NCBI GenBank assembly: GCA_012862495.1
Contig: BLSG01000180.1
Span: forward strand, 1 to 58,759
From: Thraustochytrium aureum
Taxonomy: Eukaryota
DNA: 58,759 bases
Reading direction: 5' to 3'
The number at the start of each line of letters is the position of its first letter. Within the stretch, counting starts at the first letter, position 1. A program made the translations under genes and the position numbers. This document shows, piece by piece, positions 34,271-46,239 of the stretch. The notes under the pieces are model-generated. The model saw only the letters and a list, made by a program, of their open reading frames with translations. It made no database searches and was not told the DNA's origin.

Positions 34271-35604
34271 ATGGCTACGCAGCTCGCCACGCAGCGGCGC
34301 GGCGCAAAGACCGCGGGCGAGGACGGTGGTGCCGAAGGGCCAGTGGAGCGACCAGGCGGTGGCGCGCCGAAGGCGCCTGTGAAGGCGCCTGTTGAGCGCG
34401 CGGCGAAAGGGAAGCGAAACCCGAACGAGACCAAGCTGCAAAGGTTTGTTGGCGCCGCCGTTGCGCTGCTGACGCGACACGCAGGCAAGTTCGGGACGCT
34501 GTTGTTCCTTCTCGGCCTCGTCTGGGTCTGCCTGTTCCCGCTGGTGTGCATCACGACCGGGGAGCTCAAGTGCCGAGGCACCTACTTCTCGGAGAATGCG
34601 CTGTCGCCAATGTCGGGCGAGAGCGGCTTTCGAGCCTCCACCATTGCGCAAGCAGAGCTTGCTGACAGCGCGTTGGCGGCCGCGCAGTCTGCGGCAGCGC
34701 GCAAGGCTGTGAGCGCCAACCTGCTGCGCTCGGCCGGCCTCGATGCGCAGGTCCACGACCAAACCGGCGCCGTGTACGGGGTGCTGTGGCCTCTTGGCGG
34801 CGCGGACCGGCGCGAGGCCGTGATCGTCGTGGCGCGGCTCAAAGCTGTCCGGGGAGGCGAGACGTGCTGCTCTGAGGCGGGAGCCGCAATCGCCTTGGCG
34901 CGCGTCCTGAGGGAGAGCGAGTGGCTGAGCAAGAACGTAATCGTGCTGCTCGCGTCCTCGGGGGCCGAGGTGCGCGACTGGGTGGCCCACTACCACTCCA
35001 GCGACGCCCGGTTTGCCAACATGACGCGCGCAGGCGGCATCATCGGGGGCGTCGTGCTGGACTTTGGCGTGCCTGCAAGCAAGCCAGTGGCCGGCTTGGG
35101 CGTTCTTTCTCAAGGGACAAACGGCCAGCTGCCCAATCTGGACCTCGTCAACGTAGCCGTGATGGTTGCGCAACGCCAGTCGGCCCCTGTGCTTCTTTCG
35201 AGGAGCAGCTCGCAGGGCAGCGTCCGCGGGGGCTCAACCGGATCCTAGCGAGCGCCGCGCCGCACATGGATCGCGGGGCGCAGGCCGCAGCGCAGACCTG
35301 GGCTTTGCGGATGGACCGGATGGGTCAGTTCCTCCGCGGGGCTGCGTTCGGGCCGACGGGCTGGCACTCGCACCTACTCCCGTACGACATTCACGCGATT
35401 ACGCTCGCCATGGTCGAGCCCGGCGATTTGCTGCCGCACGGCGCAACAGGCAAGTCCCGTCGCGAGCTGGTCGAGGTGGCGGCGCGCTCGACGGAGCACG
35501 TCGTGCGCAGCCTGAGCAACCTCGAGGAGAGGTTTCACCAGTCGTACTTTTTGTACATTTTGCCTGATATTGGGCTTTTTGTCTCGATCGGCGAGTTTTC
35601 GGGC
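34271..35604 (+). CDS. GPAA1: GPI transamidase subunit Gaa1 (frameshift near 35230; 3' end in gap)
   Basis: TYFSENALSP, WLSKNVIVL, GTNGQLPNLDLVN and RSLSNLEERFHQSYFLYILP...FVSIG. Confidence 0.92.
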
Positions 35605-36470
35605 NNNNNNNNNNNNNNNNNNNNNNNNNNNNNNNNNNNNNNNNNNNNNNNNNNNNNNNNNNNNNNNNNNNNNNNNNNNNNNNNNNNNNNNNNNNNNNNN
35701 NNNNNNNNNNNNNNNNNNNNNNNNNNNNNNNNNNNNNNNNNNNNNNNNNNNNNNNNNNNNNNNNNNNNNNNNNNNNNNNNNNNNNNNNNNNNNNNNNNNN
35801 NNNNNNNNNNNNNNNNNNNNNNNNNNNNNNNNNNNNNNNNNNNNNNNNNNNNNNNNNNNNNNNNNNNNNNNNNNNNNNNNNNNNNNNNNNNNNNNNNNNN
35901 NNNNNNNNNNNNNNNNNNNNNNNNNNNNNNNNNNNNNNNNNNNNNNNNNNNNNNNNNNNNNNNNNNNNNNNNNNNNNNNNNNNNNNNNNNNNNNNNNNNN
36001 NNNNNNNNNNNNNNNNNNNNNNNNNNNNNNNNNNNNNNNNNNNNNNNNNNNNNNNNNNNNNNNNNNNNNNNNNNNNNNNNNNNNNNNNNNNNNNNNNNNN
36101 NNNNNNNNNNNNNNNNNNNNNNNNNNNNNNNNNNNNNNNNNNNNNNNNNNNNNNNNNNNNNNNNNNNNNNNNNNNNNNNNNNNNNNNNNNNNNNNNNNNN
36201 NNNNNNNNNNNNNNNNNNNNNNNNNNNNNNNNNNNNNNNNNNNNNNNNNNNNNNNNNNNNNNNNNNNNNNNNNNNNNNNNNNNNNNNNNNNNNNNNNNNN
36301 NNNNNNNNNNNNNNNNNNNNNNNNNNNNNNNNNNNNNNNNNNNNNNNNNNNNNNNNNNNNNNNNNNNNNNNNNNNNNNNNNNNNNNNNNNNNNNNNNNNN
36401 NNNNNNNNNNNNNNNNNNNNNNNNNNNNNNNNNNNNNNNNNNNNNNNNNNNNNNNNNNNNNNNNNNNNNN

Positions 36471-37926
36471 GGCCTCGTTTCCAAGCTGTGGAGCGTGGAG
36501 GACTCCAAGCTCAGCGTGCAAGTCAAGGTCGAAGAAGACGCGTGTCGAACGCGCTGGCCGTTTTTGAAGCGGCGGGCAGCGGAGCCGGACAGCGTGGTCT
36601 TCGCTGGCAAGAAGCAGAGGCTGGCCACGGCGGCGTCGGGCAGCTCGAGCACGGCGAATACTGGTCAGGGATCTGGGGAGCAGGCTCGGGGACGCAAGGA
36701 TCGGGAGGCGGCGGCTTTGCGACGACGCAGGTAAAGGATGAGGACGTGGTCTACATCGGCAGCAAGCCGGCGATTGCCAAGATGCCAGAGTGCAGCTTTT
36801 GCAAGGAGGATGTCTCGATAAGGGAAAGCATCTCGTGTGCCAACGGCCACTATCTTTGCACCCCGTGCGTGAACAGGTGGCTGAAAGAGTGGCTGAATCC
36901 GGCCTCGGCACAGCGCATCGACATAAACTTGACCAACGCCTCCGTCAAGTGCCAGATGTGCTCCTCGTCGCTCTCGTCGCAAAGGGTCGCGCAATGTGCA
37001 GAACCCGCAGTCTGGCAACTCGTCCTCACGGCGGTGCACAACAGGGTCGCAGCGGAGGCAGATCGACGTGCCGAGGAGCGCGTCGCAGCCCTGACCAGGC
37101 CGACGAGGTCCATGTCGTCAAGCAGTGAGGCGGGCGCGATTGTCGAGAGGCACTCCGAACGATCGAGGGCAGCTTGCTGTGCCTGTCGTGCCCGCGATGC
37201 AAGAGCGTTTTTGACGAGTTCCATGGCTGCTTTGCGGTCAAGTGTGGCAACCACTCGTGCGCTGCACACTTTTGCGCTTGGTGCCTTCGCGACTGCGGTG
37301 ACAACAGCGACGCAGCGCACAGGCACGTGGTTGCATGCAGCGAAAATCGAACCAAGGCCATCGACCCGCTCTATGGTGGGAAAGCGGAATGGAGACTTGC
37401 GATGAAGGACTTGCGAGCAGCTCGACTGACTCGGTACTGGAAAAAGAACGTGATGTGCGAGCGGGAAGCGGTGCGCGAGCGCCTCGCCAAAGCGCTCGCC
37501 CCCGCTATTGCTGACGAGCAGCGTTTTCCGAGCCAGTATGTCTTGCCGACAAAGGCACAACCGCGAACTGTTCGCGCTGCGACAGCCGTGTCCCCGGAGC
37601 GTGCGAGCGCGTCTTCACAAGGCGTCCGGGTTGAGAGCCCTGTGCGTGAAGACCTGTTAGTGACGGTCGACGTTGAGCGCAAGACATGCTCTTGCAAGAC
37701 ATTTAGGTTTGGATACGGTATCTGCGAGCACCTCAGGGCGAATGGCATCACAGAGAGTGCGTTGCAATATGAGCCGACGGGGTTCTACGGCAGCTGGGGC
37801 GGTGCTTGCTACCACGCAGACCCCAACTGTGTTGGTCTTGAAAATGCGCAGAATGTGATGGAGCTGTACAGCACTGTGAGCCTGCGTGGTTGCTATTTGT
37901 GCCGTCCAAGCGTGAGGCGGAGCTGA
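36471..37926 (+). CDS. RING/RBR-type E3 ligase with a C-terminal SWIM finger and a further metal-binding module (5' end in gap, frameshifts)
   Basis: RING1 CSFC...CANGHYLCTPC...CQMC; Rcat/RING2-like CPRC...GCFAVKCGNHSCAAHFCAWC...H; SWIM CSC-x9-CEH; terminal YHADPNC...CYLC. Confidence 0.7.
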
Positions 37927-38616
37927 GCAGGAGGAGCCAGCCAGCGGTTCGAAGACCCAAACTCGTTCGCACAAAAGGCCGAGCTGCTGCGCGATGACGG
38001 CGGCCCGTTTGTTTTTTTCGCCCTGATGCAGAAATAACGCAAGGAAAAAAATGGCTTCCACGTTGAATCCGAGCAGGAATGTCCCCAGTAGATCTCTGCA
38101 GCCGGCATGCCGGCTGCTTTTATCCGCCTCTGTGGCGGCCCTTGGCCATGCTTTTTTTCCCCCGCCGCCGGTGAGTTGCTCGCAGCAGGAAACGACGGTC
38201 CCCAAAAAGGCATGACCCGCGCCGACGCCGAGGGCAGACCCTGGCAGTTGAGCGCCGCCACGTGGTTTGACAAGTTTCGTCCCGGAGAAAGACGAGCAGA
38301 GTCGAGTTGGCTGAGTGGTTGGTTATGTTTGTTTATGCAAAAGGCAGGGCAGGCAACGCGGGATCTTCCGCGTTGCCGTGAGAATGGTCGTTCATTACAG
38401 GGATTCAGAGCACACAGCGTTGAGGAGCGATGATCCAGTCGCTCCCACGGCTTGCGCTTTGCTGGTCGAAAAGAGAAGGGGTCCGGCGCCGAAGAGGCCC
38501 CCTCGGCGCAGACAAGGACAGGGCAGGACTGAGTAGAAGAGCAGAGCAGAGCAGAGCACGCACCTAGAGCGCAGATACTCGAGAAGAGACAAACTGTGCA
38601 GGGGCTGGGCGAGCGC

Positions 38617-40436
38617 TCAGACGAGGAAGGAGGACTTGGCCTCCGAGTTGCGAAGGAGCGGGCAATGGTCGCGCATGGCCTGCGACGAGATGCCGCGAAG
38701 AGAGCGCGGGAGGTGCTTTGCGACCTCGTCGATGCGGCATTCGAAGCGCACGGCAATTTCGTGCAGCTGCCCCTCGAGCTCCGCGGTCCAGACGACCTCC
38801 TTGACCTTGGCCCGCGCGCGCTCGATGCTCTTGAAGCGAGTCTTGACGCCGTTCTCTGTGCGGCCGTTGAGGTGGCGCTTGATCTCGGCCCAGCGGTTGC
38901 CGAGCTTGACATGCAGCTTGAGGAGAAGCTCGTCCTCCTCCTGGGGTCCAGGCGCCCCGGTTGATGGAGGGTCGAGGTTGAGGCTCCAGCGCTCGCGGCA
39001 CTGCTTTGCGGTGCGGCCGGGGACCTTGGCGGCGATGTCGGCCCAGTTCTGGGCTGGCTGCTGCTCATGAGCTTGAGGAGGGGTCGTCCTCTTCCTTGCT
39101 CCACATGCCCTTGACNNNNNNNNNNNNNNNNNNNNNNNNNNNNNNNNNNNNNNNNNNNNNNNNNNNNNNNNNNNNNNNNNNNNNNNNNNNNNNNNNNNNN
39201 NNNNNNNNNNNNNNNNNNNNNNNNNNNNNNNNNNNNNNNNNNNNNNNNNNNNNNNNNNNNNNNNNNNNNNNNNNNNNNNNNNNNNNNNNNNNNNNNNNNN
39301 NNNNNNNNNNNNNNNNNNNNNNNNNNNNNNNNNNNNNNNNNNNNNNNNNNNNNNNNNNNNNNNNNNNNNNNNNNNNNNNNNNNNNNNNNNNNNNNNNNNN
39401 NNNNNNNNNNNNNNNNNNNNNNNNNNNNNNNNNNNNNNNNNNNNNNNNNNNNNNNNNNNNNNNNNNNNNNNNNNNNNNNNNNNNNNNNNNNNNNNNNNNN
39501 NNNNNNNNNNNNNNNNNNNNNNCCTTCGCCGGAAAAGTCGGGGAGGGGCGGCGCGGGCTCGCTCTTAATTTTGCGGCCAAGGAAGGTCTTTGCGAGGCGA
39601 GCCTTTTTCGTGGCGAGCGCGTCTTGGCCGTCGCAGCCGTCGGTTTGGGGCGCTGTGGCGAGGTCGAGGGCGTCGAGTCGGCGCTTGTTGCCGATCAGGT
39701 TTGATGGGCTCGCCTTGGGGGCCGGCTTGGACGAGGCTACGGTGGCGGCTGGGGTGGTCGGCGAGGCGTTGTTGGCCTTGGCGGCGGTGGCGGCGACGGC
39801 GGACGGCACCGGCTTGATGGAAAGCTCTGCAAGGGCGGTGGGTGCGGGTCCTTGCTCGAATTTCGGCTCGGCTTTGATTTGCGTCTCGGTCTTTCCTGCG
39901 TCGGTTTCCTCTTCGTCGTCGCTGCACGCGTCGGTTACAATGGGCTCGATGCAGTTGGAGCCCGGGGCGGGGGACCAGCACTCTTCAGGGCCGTTGTTGA
40001 CAGCGTTGACTGCCTCCTCGACGATGCGCTCAAAGTCGTCGTTTCCGGCGGCGTCCGCGTCTGCTGTTTCGGACTTGGCCTTGGCGCTGTCCTTGGTGCC
40101 CTTGAGGCGCTCAATCTCGTTCTCCTTGGCGCGGAGCTGCGCTTGCAGGTAGCTGATCATCTTCATGGCGGAGTCCTTGGAGGCCAAGTCCTCGGCCTCG
40201 GCAGTGCCGATCGTGTCGAGGATGTCGACGCGCTTGTCGTGCCGTGGCTCGAACATGGGGCTCTCGTCGAACACGGCCATTGAGGTGAGTGGGGTCTCCA
40301 TGCCTTGCAGGAACTCGTCCTCCATCTCCTCGAGCATGCTCATGTCCTCGGTATCCACACCCAGGAGGTTTTCCGCATCGAACATGGACTCGAGTCCTTG
40401 GAACTCCCTGACTTCCTCGATGTCGAGGAGTCCCAT
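38617..40436 (-). CDS. R2R3-type Myb transcription factor (gap and several homopolymer frameshifts)
   Basis: KGMWSKEED...NWADIAAKVPGRTAKQCRERW...LDPSINRGAWT.EEDELLLKLHVKLGNRWAEIKRHLNGRTENAVKTRF reconstructed across frames. Acidic N-terminus from ATG 40436; TGA at 38617-38619. Confidence 0.9.
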
Positions 40437-40990
40437 CCTGGCGAACTCTGCGTGCGCGGGCCCGCTCTCGCTAGCTCGCCTCGGTTTGTTGTCTTCCGCG
40501 TGAAACCTGTGCCAGCGGCCGCGCGACTCTGCAACAGACGCTGCTGTCACGACCACACGCTATCGTCCGTCTGTTGGAGGCTGCTCCTGCTGCTGCTGCT
40601 TCTGCTTCTGCCTGCTTCTGCTTCTGCGACTGCTTCTGCTCGTGGCGGGCGGCGGCAGTTGATGCTGATTGGGGTTTGCTGGTGCTGCCGCCGGTGGTGG
40701 CCACTTGCTTGCCACCATTTCAAAAGGGGCGCCATTGTTCTCTTCCTCTCTCTGCTCTCGCCCTCACATCCGTCGCCCCCTCAGGGCCCCGCGCGCTCCC
40801 TCACATGGGGCGACCGGAGGGCCACCTCCAGCCCAGGCGTTGCCCTCACAGCATCGGCCTCGCACCGCCGCCTCCTACTTTGCTGTGAGGGCGCGGCCCC
40901 GCCTCACAACCTGCCTGAGAGGGCAGGGCCGCTCCTCAGAGCCCCGGTTCCGACGCGCTGTCCTCTCGTTTGCAAGCAAGTGAACGAACG

Positions 40991-41070
40991 AAGAGAAGGA
41001 GAGAGAAGGGGAGCGAGAGGGAGCGCGCGAGAGAGAGGGGGAGAGAGAGGGAGAGGGAGAGAGGGAGAGA
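40991..41070 (+). repeat. Purine-rich (GA)n low-complexity tract upstream of the Myb gene
   Basis: Near-continuous G/A runs. Confidence 0.7.
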
Positions 41071-44000
41071 GGCGGCGGGCTGCGTCGGGCCTCTGCTCAC
41101 TGGGGAGGGAGGCCGACCGGCCGGCCGCCCAAGCCCAGCCGCGCGCGTTCTGAGGAGGGAGGGAAAGGGCTGGGCCATGCATGCATGTATCCGATGTCTG
41201 CTGCTTGCCGCTTGCACGCTTGCGCGGCCTCGAATCGGATGTAAGNNNNNNNNNNNNNNNNNNNNNNNNNNNNNNNNNNNNNNNNNNNNNNNNNNNNNNN
41301 NNNNNNNNNNNNNNNNNNNNNNNNNNNNNNNNNNNNNNNNNNNNNNNNNNNNNNNNNNNNNNNNNNNNNNNNNNNNNNNNNNNNNNNAGGGAGGGCGAGA
41401 GGAAGACGCGAGCTGCGAGTCGATCCACCAGGAGCACTCGCGCCTGCGCGACTATGGCGCCCCGCTGCAGCCAGCGAGGATCCAGCCGCCGGCCAAGCAA
41501 GCAGGGGCGCCTGAGGCATTCGTTCTCTTGACGTGTCGTCGCTGGAGGCAGTAGAGTACCGTTAGCGAGCGAGCGAGAGGAGAGCGGTGCTTCCGTGCGT
41601 CTCCCCTCTCTGCCCGGCTGGGAGGGAAGGGACGGCGGGAGGAGGTGGGAGGGAGGGGTCGGGAACCTGAGCCTGGAGCGCTTCGGAGAACAAAGCGAAC
41701 TGCCGCGCACCCCGAATGAGTGGACAGCGCGCCCGCTGGGCTCCTTCCTCTCCTTCCTTCCTTCCTTTTCCCCCCTCTGCCAGAGCGAGGAAGCAGGCGC
41801 GTTGGCCGTTGCGCTGTCTCCTCTGGCGGAGTGCGTTAGGTACTCTGCTTGTAATTACTCCGTAGACCCCCTCTACTAGGAGCTGGAGTAGTGAGCGCGC
41901 TGTCCACTGGCGCGCCTCCAGGTCCGTTTGTCTGCCAGTGTTGTGGTTGTCTGCTGCGCAAAGAGCGGATGCAGTGAGGGGCGACAGCTGGCTGGGACGC
42001 CCCCGTGCTCCAGCAATGTTTCCGATCCAGGTGGGACTCGCCACACGACTCGCTCGTTCGTTTTTTGTTCCCCCATTTATTTCGCTTGAAAGGTGGGTGG
42101 GCGCCGTAAGTACTCTCGGCCCTTCTTTTTGTTTCCGAGGCGAATCTACGGCGGTTTTTCGACGAGCTCCGCGAGAGATTCCAAGTCCTCAGCGCCTACT
42201 AGTATCCAGAGCAACACGGCTGATGATGCCAAGCCAGCGGGAGCGGCCCGCTGTCTCCTGTTCGCCCTCTCCACATCGGAGCGCTAGCAAGGTAGGGAGG
42301 TACTCCGTACAGGTGGGGTACTCATTGCACTGGCGGGCAGGAATCCGAGAAATGCATTCTGCAAGGCTCGAAGCGCGCGTTCGCTGCCTGCCAAACACTG
42401 GCGGCTTTCGTACCTACTCTAGCGTGACAACTCGTCCGGCCACGACGCATGTGGGGGGCGCTTGTTCCCAGCAAGTCAAACTTGACGCAGCTCTGACAGG
42501 GCCTTCAACGGATCACACTGCAAAGGACCAATCCAGTTGAATCCAGACGTACGAACGAACGAGCGAACGGCGGCGCGAATCAAGGCGGACCCCACCGACT
42601 CGGTGTCGCCCGGTCGGGTCCGCCGCGGCTCCGTGATGGTGGAGAACGGCATGCTGCCCAGAGGCGTGCTGTACGGTTTGACGATCCAAGCTTTAGCATC
42701 GGCGGCATTGCGCAACCGACAATCGCGTGCGAAGCCGCTCAAGCCTCTGCAACCCGTTTCCAAGCAGCGTCACGCGTTTGCTGTCATTCAAAAGGGTCTT
42801 CTCAGCACGTGCCTCTTTTGTTGCGCGTGTGCCAGCTTTGGCAGCTCGAGTTGGCCGCGCAGCCTGATGAGGTATACAACAGGCTTCAGACCCCCCCGTT
42901 TGGTTGGTTGTCAGTGGTGTGGTGTGGTGGAGATCGCGACGTACATCCGTGGACGAGGCGGACGAGACGCGATCGGGCTGGCGGCGCTCCATCATCGGCA
43001 CGTTAGATGAGAGCTTGGACAACAATCGCACTTCCAGCAAGCCGCACAATGCGCCTTGCGCGTCGACACAGCGGGCTGCGGAGGGCCGGGCCGCCGCTGC
43101 TCGAGACGAGTTTGGTTTTGGTTCAGCGAATGCTGGAGTGGTGCGCGGCGAGTTCAGCACAGGGACGTGGGTGGCGACGGATCACCATGGACGACCAACC
43201 GACATGACACGCGAGGAGAAACGAGTACGGGAGGTAAGTACCCTGCTCCTGCGCTCACGCGACTGACTACCTACCTATCCTCCTCCAAGTTGCTGCCTAC
43301 TCTGTCAGTTTTTCAAGAGCAAAAGGGGACAGCGCGGCTTTCGTTTTCGCGCGCAATTTCCAACATCGTTTTTGTCTTCGTTTTTCGCAAGCGAAACGCT
43401 GAATTTCTAACAAAAAGAGAGAATTGGGCAGAAACAAGGCAGGAAAAGTAAAGTAATGCAAAACGTTTTTCAAGAAAAAGGAGGAGGACGCGACCGGAGC
43501 AGGCTCCGACCTTCAAGTTCGCGCCGCTTGTCGCGCAGATGCCCTGGGTTGTGCGGGATTCGAGTGCGACGCGCCATCGAACAGCAGCCGCAGCTCGTCG
43601 TTCTCTCGCGCGCGACAGTACATCGTTCGCAGGCGCAAGCGGAGGAGGCTTGAACGAACAGTGAGTGAGCGGAGACACGCTCCCCGTCGCCGGTGTGCAT
43701 CCAGCAAATTTCCGGACGGATGCTGGAGGATTTTGATTGGTCTGCCTGCCACTGTGCCAGACTCGCGCCAGCCCGGACTGGTTGGTGGTGGTTGGCGGCG
43801 TGGCTCGTTCGTTGGCCAGCCAGTGGCGCCAGGAGGATCTTCCTCCAGGCCGCGGCGCGAAGGCTCGAAGGCGCGAAGGCTCGAAGGAGGACCGACCGGC
43901 CAACTCGCCAAACAAACGTGGAGGGAAGGAAGGGAGCGCTTTTCTGGAGATCCTCTGGCGCTGTGCTTGTGCGTCATCGCGCTGTCCCCTCCATGCGATC

Positions 44001-46239
44001 TATTGCCGACCGCGCTTGCGGTGCGGATCGCGGCGCAGGCCTGCAAGGAATTTCTGCAAAAGCTCGTTTGCGAGTGCAGCGTTTGCGAGTGCAGCGTTTG
44101 CTCTCGTTCTGCGACCAACTCGAAGAAAAAAACCAACCGAGCACAACCAACCGGTGCACCGGCGCGTCGCGTCGCGGCTCACAACAGACCGAGCCTGCGG
44201 TTGAGCCAACACGCACGACACGCAACTGAACTCGTTGCGCCCTGCGTCCGCTCGCGCCTACCTGCCTGCCTGGGGCTTTGCGCAGCTGGGTCGCGGTTGG
44301 GCGGAGCTGTGCATATTTCCATTCTTTCAGCGTGCGGCCCGGCCGTTGCACCCAACAGTCAACGCTGTCGGTCGGGCGCCCTTGCTGCGTTTTCACGACA
44401 CGATGCGTGCACCCGAGCGAGCGACCGAGCGAGCAACCGGCCTCTTCGTTCGCTCTGGCTCCTGCTGCGGCCGCTAGTGCGCATCCGAGGCGTGCTGTCC
44501 TCAGCCTGGCCGAGCAGTGCGGTCGCTGAACCAAACAAGCGATCAGTGAGCGGTAGGCGGTTGCTGTGGACAGCGCGAGTTCAGCGCCAAGTGCACGAGG
44601 GCGTCTCTTCATTTCCACTGCTTCCCTTTCCTCGCAACCCCAGCGAAGTGTGAAGCGCTCCACATTCCTTCCCCAAATATTCTCCTTTTTCCTTCTTTTT
44701 TTCAGCCGTTGCGCTGGATTCTCTCTCCTCAACTTCCGCGAGTTCAAAACGAGCTCAAAACGAGGCCGACGAATCAAGAGTTCTTTTTTCAGGAAAAAAA
44801 AGAAAAAAAGTAGTAAAAAAGGGCTGGATCCCTCTGTTCTTTTCGTCGTCGCTTTGGCGTGTTTGCAAAAAACTCTTTTCTCCTCGTTGCCGGCCGCCAA
44901 AAACCCAAAAAAACACGATGGTGCAAAGCCCGTTTTTTTCGCTCTGACGATTTTTCTCGTTTTTCTGAGGTTTTTCTGAGGAAAGGCGCAGCGTCCCATG
45001 ACGCGGTCGGACTTGCTGCTCAGTTCAAAAAACTGGGACAGATCACTCTCGTGTCCCCTGTCGCGGGCCGCTGCCTGCACGAGTTGGTCGTTGCTGCGAG
45101 GCCCACGGGGCGGGCGGGCGTCCCACAGCTGNNNNNNNNNNNNNNNNNNNNNNNNNNNNNNNNNNNNNNNNNNNNNNNNNNNNNNNNNNNNNNNNNNNNN
45201 NNNNNNNNNNNNNNNNNNNNNNNNNNNNNNNNNNNNNNNNNNNNNNNNNNNNNNNNNNNNNNNNNNNNNNNNNNNNNNNNNNNNNNNNNNNNNNNNNNNN
45301 NNNNNNNNNNNNNNNNNNNNNNNNNNNNNNNNNNNNNNNNNNNNNNNNNNNNNNNNNNNNNNNNNNNNNNNNNNNNNNNNNNNNNNNNNNNNNNNNNNNN
45401 NNNNNNNNNNNNNNNNNNNNNNNNNNNNNNNNNNNNNNNNNNNNNNNNNNNNNNNNNNNNNNNNNNNNNNNNNNNNNNNNNNNNNNNNNNNNNNNNNNNN
45501 NNNNNNNNNNNNNNNNNNNNNNNNNNNNNNNNNNNNNNNNNNNNNNNNNNNNNNNNNNNNNNNNNNNNNNNNNNNNNNNNNNNNNNNNNNNNNNNNNNNN
45601 NNNNNNNNNNNNNNNNNNNNNNNNNNNNNNNNNNNNNNNNNNNNNNNNNNNNNNNNNNNNNNNNNNNNNNNNNNNNNNNNNNNNGCCATTTTCTTGAACC
45701 TTCAATTGAACCTTCGACAACTGATAGGATTTTGTTTGGTCGTTGGGCTTGCGGTGGGCGGGCTGGGCTGTACCAACCAGGCCTCTGCGGGCGGGCGAGC
45801 TGGAAAGTTGAAACGCGGTGTGCCGCCCCGTCCCAAACGGACACGGAAAAGCATGTGTGCTGTCCCCGCGTGGGACGACGGGCTCTGCATGGTGGATCGA
45901 ACTCTCTGGAGCTGCTGCTGGGCTGGTTCTCTATGAACGAGCGCGGTCCACGTGCGGTTGGCGGACTGGTCTGCTGGCTGATGAGCACTCACTGCAATCA
46001 CTCACTCGTGCACAGCAGGCGCAAGGCGGATGGATGATCGATCCTCCCTGGCAATAAAGAGCAAATGCATCGCGACCGATGCGCGCGATACCAAAGTACC
46101 GAAGAACTCTAGGGTGCCTCGTTTTCTTCTTGTTTTCCAGCAGGCCGCGTGCATCGCGATTCGCGACCGATGCGCGAGACTGCATCTCCCCCCCCCCCAA
46201 GCCTGCGTAGCGCAACGCAACCGCTGCCAGTGCTCACGA

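Noticed and set aside
42537..43266. Plus-strand ORFs in the Myb upstream region
   Set aside because: No recognisable domain and no consistent exon chain could be built.
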